Assembly (NCBI GenBank): GCA_002633005.1
Contig: NMRA01000097.1
Location: 893,734 to 957,733, forward strand
Length of the DNA: 64,000 nt
Direction: 5' to 3'
Origin: Phoronis australis
Lineage: Eukaryota; Animalia; Phoronida
Shown in pieces: positions 1-11,311 of this stretch; positions within the stretch are counted from its first letter, which is position 1; the number at the start of each line of letters is the position of its first letter. The position numbers were made by a program, and so were the translations under genes. The notes beneath the pieces are model-generated. The model was not told the DNA's origin and did no database searches. It saw only the letters and a program-made list of their open reading frames with translations.

Positions 1-514
1 AGAATATGGACTAATCATAGCTTCGTCCCAAAATACCACAGAGCCTTGACTGGTTCTGGAATATTTACCCACAATGCTGCATGTCAGTCTGGGACTTGAT
101 TGTTTACTGTAGCAAAGTGAAGTTTAATGCGGACACCAAGTTGTCAAGCCAGATGAGCGCGCACTATATCGCTCTTTGACTCATCTTGGAAACATTTAGC
201 AGCCCAACTTTTCGAAAACTAAACAATCATATAGTACATTATTCTGCCTCAACAGAACAGAAAATCATGCTAACAACTTAAAATTCAAAAAACGCTGATT
301 CAGTTCGTATTTCAACAGTGAAACAGTTAAAGGCAATGACCAGAAGAGACAGCGTTTCCCAGTGCTGGATTCCCATTTCAATAACACTCAAATCCCAGTC
401 ACACAGGCAAATGATTGGACATTGCACACAAGTATCTCCTGCTGTTCAGAGCTGGGTATGATTTATGGAGAACATGGAGTGAATGAAACCCAGAATACAG
501 TGCAAAAATATTTT

Positions 515-770
515 TCGGGGGTGCCAACATTAAAAAATAACCACATTTCTAAGGGGTGCCATAAATAAAACAACTTGGTTATCAACGGCATCTACATTAA
601 AAGATAACCAGACTTCTGGGAGGTGCCAACACTAACAAGTCACCGGGTTTCTGGAGGCACCAACATTGAAAATAACGAGAATTTTGAGGGGTTGCCAACA
701 TTACAGAATAACCAGATGTCTAGGGGCACCAACATTAAAAATAACAAGAATTCTGAGGGTGCCAACATAG
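515..770. repeat. Degenerate ~34-bp minisatellite, about 8 units, in a CREB3-like intron
   Basis: Recurring unit like ggggtgccaacattaaaaataaccagatttct; explains the spurious repetitive ORF 623..877. Confidence 0.8.
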
Positions 771-913
771 GAAAAAAAAACAGATTTAGGTTTGGTAAAA
801 TTCATGGGTCAGATTTTGGCAAACAGCTGCGAAAACTTCAGTTGGACCATCACAAACATTTTATTGCCGGTTTTTGAGTGAAACAAATAAATACCAGTCA
901 AAGTCTGACTTAC

Positions 914-1056
914 ATCACTAGTGTTTTCTACATCTTCTGTAGTGATATCTTGTGTGGTGAAAGGCAGAGTACCGTCTGTGATGACACGGACCACGCGCAC
1001 TGGTCGTGTAGTCTCTATGGGTGTACTCAATGTCTCTGTAATGTCTGAAGGCCAAT
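914..1056 (-). CDS. CREB3: CREB3-family factor, coding exon 4 (DWPSDITETLSTPIETTRPVRVVRVITDGTLPFTTQDITTEDVENTSD); gene continues beyond the left edge
   Basis: Acceptor cttgtag (plus ct 1057-58) is phase 1, matching the previous exon; donor GTAAGT at plus 908-913. VTIDL-D-W...LPFTTQDI resembles CREB3L3/L4 VTIDLEMW...LTVKDL. Confidence 0.7.
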
Positions 1057-1863
1057 CTACAAGTAACGAACATGGTCAATAGATGGCTTTACCAGTCAAT
1101 GTATTTTTAAAAGAAGTTGACCAATGAATCTATGATTACACTGACCTTTGCAAGTGAGTGTAGAGTGTGCTCATTGGTGAGTGAAGAGTGTGCTCACTGG
1201 GTGTAACCAAGACAACTGAGTGTAACCAAGAAAACTGAGTGTTACCAAGACTACAGTGGCAAACTCAGTATTACCCAGTAGTTTTTGTCAATTTACAAAT
1301 TTAACAATTTTACAAATTTCAGTTAACGCTGCAACTATAAGAATACAGCTGAAGATATTTTTTTAAAAAACACTCGTTATATTCCAATCAAATGTTAGAG
1401 AAAACTTGTCAAGTTCTCAGTCACAAAGTATTGTCCGATTCCTATGGTACAACAATAGTCGAAACATTTAACAAAGATCTCACTCTATGCACCCAACAAG
1501 CGAGTTTTACTGTCACAGACAAATGCTGAATCACACCCCTTATAAAATTACTGAAAACAAACACCTCCCAATAAGCAACCATTTCAAAAGTAGATCACAA
1601 CAGACCTGTTAAATGTTCCAAGAAGCATTGTCAAGCATCATTCAAATTGATACATAAGCCATTCACCTCCCATGGTTCAAAGAGTTACTAGTGAAGTAAT
1701 TACTACTGCCATACTCTGCCCCCCACAAAAGGACCTACATCAGCATTTCTGATATTGTGGACAAGATGGCGCCAGTTGTCCCAGTACTCTGGTATTGACA
1801 AAGCACAATGAACCTAAGAACAATATGTTTTTCTAATGACAAAGTCATTGCAAATGTACTCAC

Positions 1864-2037
1864 CTAGATCAATTGTGACATCCTGGTCTGCAGTGTCAGT
1901 TACAACGATTCCGTTCTCCTCTAGTAGAGAGCTGAAGTCAAAGTCAACCAGACCGAGGTCTTCAGTAGGCAGAGGTGAAAGTTCACCCGAGCTGTCCATG
2001 AATGCTGTACTGTTCTGTACAACACTAGACTGGGAGT
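1864..2037 (-). CDS. CREB3: CREB3-family factor, coding exon 3 (DSQSSVVQ...LSPLPTEDLGLVDFDFSSLLEENG...QDVTIDL)
   Basis: Acceptor ttgcag, donor GTGAGT, 174 bp, phase 1-1; acidic transactivation-type sequence ending in VTIDL. Confidence 0.75.
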
Positions 2038-2848
2038 CTGCAATGTACAAACACATGCTGAAGGTGTCACAAGAAAATTTGAAATTATAATTCTCAGAGG
2101 ATTTTAAAATGAAAAAACACACGTACGCACGCCTAAAAATAGTAGTCATGGTGCTGGTTGTCGGCTCTGGGTTATGCAAGACAAACATTTTAAAGGAATA
2201 ATGAGTGCTGTTTAAGTAACACTACTATTACCTCAGGACATCCTGTTTCACACGATGGCAAGTGTAAAATGTTTTGATACAATTTAAGAACAATCACAAA
2301 CACTCAAATCCTGAAAAATGCAAGTGGACACTTTTTGCTATGGTTACTAAGGTTGGTTATACGCTGTCGTCATAACGGAGCTCACATGTGTTATTTTTGA
2401 CTTAATAAACAATTTTATTCTCATTTTATCTCACTTTTTACCCACCAACGCAGTGCTCAGTATGATTTTAAGTAGTCTTCAAAGATCACGTGCACAAAAT
2501 ATCAAAACATTTAATGCAGCTGACATGCAGGTTATAGCCTAGAATGGTAATCCTGTAAGAATATGGGCAACGCTCAATTTGGCAAACTGCAGGTCTATGG
2601 TCATTCATTTGTTGGAAGGAAGAATTGAGCTAGAAAATGAATGTACATTTACGTGGAGGAGAAACTGAAGCAAGATTTTGGGAATGGGACGTGGTACGAC
2701 CTTTTGATGGTTTCAACGCCCGATCTGGCTACCTCAGATTTCGTTTGGCGATCTGGGATTTTTGCCAAGTCGCCAAATGCAACTAGGCATTGAGCTACGC
2801 GTCGAACACCAATGGGACACACCAAATATACTGTGCAGTGTTTCTTAC

Positions 2849-3032
2849 CCTGGTTGCAGTAAAGACTGGCATCCATGTTTTTGTCGCTAGCCGAGGGCGA
2901 GATTGGACCTGACGACACACCACTGTCACTCGACGGGGATCGCACATGTTGTTGAAACATCTTGGGGTCACTTATGTCTTCGGTGCTATTGAGCAGTGCC
3001 AATATGTCTTCTGAATATGTGTCTAGGTCACT
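2849..3032 (-). CDS. CREB3: CREB3-family factor, coding exon 2 (SDLDTYSEDILALLNS...SPSSDSGVSSGPISP...)
   Basis: Acceptor tttattatag, donor GTAAGA, 184 bp, phase 0-1; SP-S-SDSG(V/I)S motif typical of CREB3L3/L4 N-termini. Confidence 0.75.
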
Positions 3033-4010
3033 CTATAATAAACAAAAGTAAAATTAAAATTTTTATTAAAGTAATAACCACCGCGCTGCTTGTGAAGAAG
3101 CTAATTATGCATATAGAACAGCACACGCAAAATAAGAATGTATAATATGCACCAGAAATGTTATAGCATGGCTCTCGATCCCTCTATGTTGGGGTTAAAT
3201 ATCGGACCCATTCCGCTCTGAAAAATATTGAAAAATGATGCGGCATTCCCCACATGATGTCCAAAAATTCCCCCTCGAGCGACTGAAAATTACCCTCAAT
3301 GTTCGAATCACAAGTAAATCACAGCTGACCATTTCAAAAAGCACAACGGGTACTTGAGACAGAGCCTGTGAGGACTTGCAACAGGATGGGGGTGCTTTTG
3401 GTGGTGATTGGGAGGTAGAATTTTCCCCTCACCACGAAATATTCCTGTCAGAAGGCAGAGGTACCTTTCAACTGGGATACACGAGGGCCCTGTATAGCTT
3501 TAATTGTTGGTCTTGTATCTTCTTAAGAGAATTACATTATGCTTCTACTGATGTGAAGTTTTCTTCTGAATTCAGTTTTGTCACATTTGTGATGACAAAC
3601 TAGGAAGACTGCAATTTCCTCAGTAGCTGTATAAGAATGTTCGAACATGAAGGAACTAAGACCATGAAGCTTAACTGCTCTTCAATAGCTTTTCTATTTG
3701 CTATCCGTATTGAAATAGTATCTGCGTATTTATTGAGTTTAGAATCTATTTCAGTATCACACACTTTAATTTCCAAATGGCATATACTAGTACAGTACCT
3801 ATCCCTAGGCTTGGAATTGTGCACAAGTCAAATACAGAAGTCATTGATTTTTAAAACTAGACAATTACTGAAATGAACCCGTCAATGGACGAATTTACCT
3901 GTTTTACCACAAAAAATTGCAACACCTTTTCATACAAAATGGAAAAGTTCTTATACAGTATCAATAATATTAGAAAGCTATGGGATAACCTCTCCGCCCC
4001 CATTGCCTAC

Positions 4011-4112
4011 CAATTTGACCGTAGAACAGCCTGTCACTGGACTAGTATCATGGTCAATAACTGGGTCTTCAGGATGAAACAGTATATCCAAGACGTCTGT
4101 GTCACTTTCCAT
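4011..4112 (-). CDS. CREB3: CREB3-family factor, first coding segment MESDTDVLDILFHPEDPVIDHDTSPVTGCSTVKL (exon 4155-4011)
   Basis: Acceptor ttttcag at plus 4156-58; in-frame TGA upstream of ATG 4112; donor GTAGGC, phase 0; DVLDILF matches the D-LLDLLF-D N-terminal motif of the family. Not in the ORF track. Confidence 0.7.
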
Positions 4113-5011
4113 AGTGTGTGCGTACCAATCGAATGTTGATCAATGAATGATGGACCTGAAAATCAATTATTTATATAAACCTTGACATGCGTCAGAGCAC
4201 GGTTTTTTGATCAATGCCAACCTGCAGCACATAGTAAGTTTGAAGGCATCAATGGATTTTTTAGCATTATACACTAATTTCAATTAATGCTTTGATTTAT
4301 ACATGTTCCGTTAACCATGTTGCATACAATGATATTAAAGCAGAAAATTGACAACTGCGACAATAAAATCAAGTCAAAGAAGTAATCAATAAAATCAACT
4401 CAATTCATGATGTGTTAAAGTAAGAAATGTTCAAATCAACAGCCTGACAACAAGTCTAAACATGTCTGAAATGAAGACAAATCATAAGGAAGCTTTACTA
4501 TTACATACCTAAGCCTAAAGCTTCAATTAAATAACACTGTTAATTTCAGGCATTAAATTCATTGATTTGAGTACATTCTATCGTTTCCTCACTACATAAA
4601 ATAACTTGAATACATTTGAAACAAAATATTGCGCAACACTGCATTCTGCAAAAGCTAACAATGTTAGTAACATTCGCGAGACTGCACGCCAACGAACCTA
4701 TAACTACAAGTCACAATAACATTTCACTTTTGACGGGGGTTGGCAACAGCCACGTCTTCGCAAATATGCCCCGTCAGTGATTATCACCATCAGATAACAC
4801 ATTTACTCGACAGGGACAGTCAAGCTCACAAAATACGTGCGCATTTGATTTGGACGGAGGTTGATTGTTGATTGAGTCAACTGACAACAGAGCTGCCAAT
4901 GCCGTTCGCCTCAGCCTGGCGATATATTGTAATCCATTTACTAAGACTCAGTGTTACACTAACTTCAGATTTAGAATGAAAAATACAGAAAATATTCTGT
5001 TTTTGACTTAC

Positions 5012-5125
5012 CGCGATCACAGTCGGAATCAAAATACTCCCGTTTACGTACCGCTCTGAGTCATAACAAATCCAAAACAGAGTGACGTGGAGGTCACGGA
5101 AACAGTCGGGCTTCGCCGGTGTCAT
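5012..5125 (-). other. Putative non-coding first exon of the CREB3-like gene (5' end undetermined)
   Basis: Strong donor GCG|GTAAGT at plus 5006-5011 in a CpG-enriched patch. Confidence 0.5.
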
Positions 5126-5370
5126 ATTTACGGATAAAATAGAATGAAAAAATAGAAGAAGTCACATCATTTAAGAAACGGTCTTCGATGTTAATGAATC
5201 TGGCTTGCAAATAATCATCAGTTATCTATATTTTAGTGAATGTAGAAAATAAAAGGAGTACTCGCAAAATTGGTACCCTCTTTTGCCATTAGAGGCGCTG
5301 TAGTGAAAACCGGAACACAACTTCCGCATTTCGACGCTCCTGTTCCTGTTCATTGAATTTTGAGGTTTGT
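5050..5370. promoter_or_regulatory. Putative bidirectional promoter, CREB3-like (-) / C15orf61 (+): AP-1 TGAGTCA 5057-63, UPRE TGACGTGG 5083-90, ETS-like ccggaa/cttccg at about 5300-5327
   Basis: Motifs read directly; CpG-enriched; lies between two divergent genes. Confidence 0.5.
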
Positions 5371-5593
5371 TGTCCTGCTGGGTCCTTTTTTTGTTGACCT
5401 CTTGCTATAATTTTGAGTAGTCAGTAAATCTGAGTGTTTTTGGTGAATACACAGTAAGTGTATTAATGTAAAGGCCCTTTTTAATCACTGGCGTGCGGGC
5501 AATTGCTCTGCCTTGCCGCTTCTTTGCTTTGGTGGACTGGTTAAATACACTGTGTCACTGTAACTGGCGTCCTCAGTTTCTGATCGCCCCCAA

Positions 5594-5947
5594 CATTTAT
5601 TTCCACTCACCTTTTCATTTACTCTTTTTAAGATATAAAAGGTCTGTAACCCTCATTCACTCCAAGTTGGATTGCCTTCTGACAAATATCGTTCAATCGC
5701 GACACTACGTGTTGCGGTTCTCGAGATCATACTGATCATAATGCTGGTCTTACAGCTGTGGATTCCATTGATTGGTCCCCAGTGGAAGGTCAGAAAGTAG
5801 CCAATCAAAGTATTCTACAGAAGTAAGACTGGCGCTGTGATCTCGAGAACCGCAACACATAGTGAGACTTGTCGGAAGGCAATCCAACATGAATTGAATG
5901 AGGATTACAGACCTTTTATCTCTAATGAAGGTGAATGGAAATAAGTG
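5594..5947. mobile_element. Foldback/palindromic MITE-like element with ~170-bp imperfect arms
   Basis: gtgttgcggttctcgagatca pairs with tgatctcgagaaccgcaacac; aaaaggtctgtaa with ttacagacctttt; gttggattgccttc with gaaggcaatccaac. Confidence 0.8.
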
Positions 5948-7267
5948 CCCATGGTCCCCAATAGGCAATACTATTAATACTAAAAGGTCGGACACTCGGG
6001 ACTAAGAATTCCACGGGTGCTTCACTTCAGCCATCCATATCAAACACTTTCAATAAGTTTACTCAAAACAGGGATTCAACAAACCACGAGCAATTGTTCT
6101 TTCTTCTGATAGAATTTACAGCATCCTGCACCAGCAAGTTCACTCAAACTTTCCGGGTACTATTTTGAGGGAATCACACTTGTAATTTTGACGATCAAAA
6201 AGTTCAAATCTCATGTAAAACATTCCACCGGTCTCTCAAAAAAATGACCTTGTAGAATATTAAGGAGTAAGCACTGAGTTTTAAATCAGCCCTGGGTCAA
6301 AAAATCCTTTCAACTCAAATAGGCTCCCACAATCAGTATTTCTTCTGAATACTCCTTCGTTCTGTCAATGAAATCGATAAGTGAGCCATTTATGTTGTTA
6401 TTGCATCATCGTTCATATCTGCCGCATGTAAATTTAATATTTAATCACATACAAAATGTACCTCCATGCACTAAAGAGTGAGCCAATCGCTAACGCATTA
6501 CATACATTGGTGACCCGCGGGAGTTCACAAATCTTCAGAACTCGTATTGGGGTGGCTACTTATGTACTTCAGCAAAATGTTATAATTTTCCAATGATTTC
6601 AATGACGATGGTGATTACGTGTCAGAAAGAAATCTTAATTAATGAAGCATTTGCTCGGTTGGAAGGGTTTGAGGACATCGATGGCCTCCAAAGCTATCCT
6701 TCTATGCTTGAATGGTACAGTACCACTAGTACTTATAACAAAGTGACATTGATGGGTTAGCCAGTGTGAGACATAATATGCCAGAAAGCTGGCACAGGAG
6801 GGTGTATGAGATGGCCACTACTGAGACTGAAAGCTGAGAACAACTTCTACGAAGCTCTATCTAGACTGACCCTAAATTCTAATTAGTGGATACAGTTGTA
6901 TCTTATTCGTTTCAGCACTGACACAAGCGAAATTGTTTGCTTGAAGTCGAAAATACGAGTGATGGCATATTTGAGACTTGGCCCGGATTTGGTCTTGTAT
7001 GAAGTGGTGACCAAAGCAAAAAGAAGCAAAAAACGCCCAATCTGTACAATTGATACCATTGAGGTCGTATTTTACTTTTCCAGTTATATTTTCAAGCATT
7101 CACTCGCTTGTGCCGAGCCCTGCTTTTTAAATTTTCTTGATCTGCTTCTTCTATTTGCTTTGTCTTGCTTCTCAGTTGGTGACACTATGGATGTACGCAG
7201 TCCTGAAGCGCACAACTTGTGTTTGGACTGCTCTTACTGATGAAGAAATACTGAAGATCATTGCTGA

Positions 7268-7696
<429 letters not shown>

Positions 7697-7913
7697 TGAT
7701 GCATAAACAAAATTGCTCAGCCTCTGCAGTTTTAAAACCTGGAACTGGACAGTTTCTGTTGTAGTCTAATCACCATTCGAATCCCGTGAATTTGTTCAAG
7801 ATGTTCTGACAAATTCAAATTCAAACACTGTGATTATGTGCAATTTTATAGTCCAAACATGAATTTGCATTATCATACAAATTTTCCATCCAGTGTCTCA
7901 GAAAAATAGTATA

Positions 7914-8477
7914 GGGCTGTTCCAGCAAATTCTGTGTGGGGGGAAGGCAACTGAAATAAAAATTTATGGGTGGTTGCGTTTGATTTAAATTCAAAATGGC
8001 TGGTGGTCGTACTTCAAAAAAATAAAAATTTACAGGTCGTTGTTGTTTCATTGGGCCATAAATGTTCGATGGTGGGTACTTTTAGTAAATTTTATAAACA
8101 ATCCGCACAGAATCAAAAACTGAAACAAAAAAGTAACTTGCAAAAAGCTCCGACTTTTTCACTCCCTCCGATCTCCTCATCGGCATGCCCATAACACCAT
8201 TTAACCACAGGTGCTCGAATTTCTCGATGGCTAATAACAATATATAAGAAACATATGTTTTCTTAGTAATGAATGACGTTAGTGGTGATGGAGGAACAGA
8301 TAAACTCAAGCGCCTGTGCAGTCAACCACAAGAACAAAAAAAAATTATGGGTGCTTGCATTTCAAACTTATAAAAAATTACGGGTGGTAGGCTGCAGAAA
8401 TAAATGAAAAATATGGGTTGGTGGGTGCGAAAAAAAGGTGCCTTCCTCCTCCCATACAGATTTTACTGGAACAGCCC
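7914..8477. mobile_element. MITE with ~35-bp TIRs (GGGCTGTTCCAG...) and 3-bp TSD ATA; PIF/Harbinger-like
   Basis: ata|gggctgttccagcaaattctgtgtggg...cccatacagattttactggaacagccc|ata; internal aaaatt-gggtggt subrepeats. Confidence 0.8.
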
Positions 8478-8569
8478 ATAGTATATCATGAGATTCTTGC
8501 GAAAGTTTTTTAATTTTGTACATCTATTGTAAAAAAGTAACAATTACAAAACATACGTTTATAAACAAA

Positions 8570-8930
8570 CATAAACATTTTTCATTTTGATTTTCTAATG
8601 TATCATTGATTTTGCTAATAGTAAATTCTATATTTCTATAATTTTTTCAAAACTCTAGTGACATCAGTTGTTAAGTACAGAATTTGTTTCTGCATTCTAC
8701 ATTTATTAATAAATGACATTTTTTGTTATTATATTAGATTTATACCGTTGTTTCAGTCGGTATTTCTAAACAGAATGTCAAGGCTGTTTAAAAAATCGAT
8801 CCTAAGGACGTCATCACAAACTTTCCTCCACAACTCTAATCTAACATTAAAACATACAGTAATCGATAAATCAAAATGATCAACAGAAGTAAGGTTTAAA
8901 TCTCTAACCCACTTCTGCAGGGCACTGTGC
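8570..8930 (-). mobile_element. Decayed L1/Tx1-type LINE ORF2 3' fragment
   Basis: Disrupted minus-strand reading W..V...DILF...INLI...FINKCRMQK...Y.NIEF.ISK.ND.L, the pattern of Tx1/L1 ORF2 C-termini. Confidence 0.5.
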
Positions 8931-9847
8931 ACATGCCTATTTGGGGCTTCCGACTTTCTGACGAATATCTTCCTAAAGTTTGGGCACCCCATTTGAGCAT
9001 TTACTATATGCAACAGTGGAGTCGAAATTGTCGGGAATTTTGTGTTACATATTCAGACTGGTAAAGGGTATCTAACCAAATTTGGCGAAAGTTTGTTCAT
9101 ACCTGACGTCAGACCTGTGGTCAGCTAACAAGAACAGGCAATAAACCTTCATTTCGTCAAGTGCACAATATTTTTATGGAAAAATTTTCCATTGAAAGTT
9201 GGTAAAGTTTTGGAACAAAAAATATTAGCCATTCTCTGATGATTCACACTTTGTTTTCTTCGTCTTCTCTATTTTGCCTGTCAGCCTCCTTTCTTCTGTA
9301 CTAGTCAATATCAAACAAACGTCGAATTTTAAATAACTGATTTACTATCCACATTTGGGATTGGTGTGACATTATCATTGCTTCTCTAAATGCATTATCT
9401 AAGGTCATGACCTTTAGGTTGTGACGACTCATAAGGCTTGAACTGCAATTAGATATTACTTGTAGAACTTTGCTCTGCCCCCCCCCCCCAAGTGACCCTT
9501 ATCCTCTTGCTAGTGAAGGGTTATGTTCAAAACCGTAAACATACCAGGCTGTGGACATGTGAAGTTCAATAAGGAAAATTCTTAGTTATTATTTTGGAAA
9601 AAATGATTACCAAAATGTACCCTTTTCCAGTTTCAAAGGCTTCTAACATCATTGTGAAAGCCTAGAACTTCTCAAAAGATGCTATGGTAATTGTTATGGT
9701 ATGAAAATTAAAATTCTAAAGCATTTATTTGGTGTTAATTATCTTGAAAAAATTAAAATGTGAAATTTCACTTGTCTGCTGTATTTCGTCCTAACTTGGT
9801 GAAACGTTATCGTGCTTTAGAACTGTGATGTTTACCCTTGGTTGTAG

Positions 9848-9975
9848 GTATCCCTACACTGGCTTATGGCATAGCAGCCAGGTTCCTCATCAGATGTGAA
9901 GAGGACGTGAGTACTCCCCTGGGCGTTGTCAAAGTCTACTTCCTCTATCCGGAAGACAGGAACTCACCACACTAA
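9848..9975 (+). CDS. C15orf61: C15orf61 homologue, last coding exon (GIPTLAYGIAARFLIRCEEDVSTPLGVVKVYFLYPEDRNSPH*)
   Basis: Acceptor ttgtag, phase 1; matches human GIPTLLYG...VYFL..ED C-terminus; TAA at 9973-75. Confidence 0.92.
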
Positions 9976-10395
9976 ACAGCATGTGATATTGAGTCATCAA
10001 CTTGTGAACCTGTTGGAATAGTGCAATATATGTTTCACATTCACTGAATTGACTGTGCTACTGTTGAAGGGGGGTATTACCCAGAGTTCCATTGTTTTTG
10101 TATTTATGAATCAATGCACAGTGAATGTCCAACTGTTATTCAATGTTGAATTGTTATTATGTTTAATGTGCTATAATGTCTGCTCAGGTATTTGAATTGT
10201 CTCTCGCGTTTTCTTTGTTATTATTTATTGTTTTGATCGTGTGTGTGACGGGATCGTTGAGCTTTTTTTATTACTTTCTCAGAGGATGTAAGAAGGTGTT
10301 GCTTAGATGGTGGCATTTTGTTCGAGGGCAAAACGACATGCAATAGGAAAGTTGCTTTGCAATATCAATAGGAACACATTACCAAGCACATTTTC

Positions 10396-10509
10396 GGGTA
10401 ATAGTCACTCACAGGCCTACCACATTTTGAGAACCAGTTTCATCCACATTTGATAATAGACATCAAACTGGTTCTCAAAATCTGGGACCTCTGTAAGTAA
10501 TTATTGCCC
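10396..10509. repeat. Short palindrome / hairpin MITE remnant
   Basis: attttgagaaccagttt ... aaactggttctcaaaat arms. Confidence 0.65.
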
Positions 10510-10863
10510 CTTTTTGTACATGTATGGTGAGTTAGTAGGATACAACTACAGTCTGACTCTAAAAGAGGATTATTGTATTTGGGTGGCAATGCATTATATT
10601 CCATGTGACAAATTTTATGGCATGACTAAGTTTGTAAGGAACTGTGGGCGTTATCAAGGAAATATACATTGTGTGGAATGATCAATGCTAGTGGTATTAC
10701 CAAGTTACTTTGTGGCTCACTGTCATTTCCAATAGATGGCGCTGACAGTATTTCCAGAAGTACCATAAATTCCAGTATTGAGACCATTGTCCTGTATTCA
10801 AGGTATGGCTCTCTATTTCACATTAAGGTCATGCCGTTATATTCGAGATAGTTGCATTGAAAT

Positions 10864-11311
10864 TGGGATACCCACCCATTTATAATTCGGACTCAAACAA
10901 AGGCACCCGTTTTTAGGGATATTCCATGAAAAAGAAATCTTTTCGTAGAGGACATATGAGCCAGGAACACCACTCTTTTGTAGGGGCTATTTCTGTAAGA
11001 CTATCCTTTTCCTAGAGATTCTTGGATAGCAGAGATTTTAATCATTGACCCTGAAACAGAACAAGGGGAAATGCCAGTTTGTCAAAAATTAGTACATGGG
11101 GTGTGGCCAAGGATAGAAATTATCAAAAAAATTCTTTAGATTTTTGTATATAAACTGAAAAAAGAAATCTTGTTTGTGGGAATTAAATCCGAAAGACATC
11201 CTTCAATAGGGAATTTCGTCAGAAAAGGCACGATTTTATAGACGCTGGTGGTGAAAAAGTCGCCCAACTAAGCGGCAGGTCTTTTATACCTCTTATGTGG
11301 GAGCACCCCCT
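10864..11311. mobile_element. Degenerate non-autonomous DNA transposon with ~30-bp internal subrepeats
   Basis: Repeated aaagncaccc-ttttnnaggga units; eroded inverted ends gggatacccac / gtgggagcacccc. Confidence 0.4.

Noticed and set aside
515-770. CRISPR-like spacing of ~34-bp units
   Set aside because: Whole units are degenerate copies with no unique spacers; eukaryotic intron; no cas genes
4877-5125. ORF MTPAKPD... as the CREB3 N-terminus
   Set aside because: After splicing to 4155 it is out of frame with the conserved DVLDILF start, so I treated it as a uORF
6896-7240. 114-aa ORF upstream of C15orf61
   Set aside because: Different frame, TTG start, no recognisable homology
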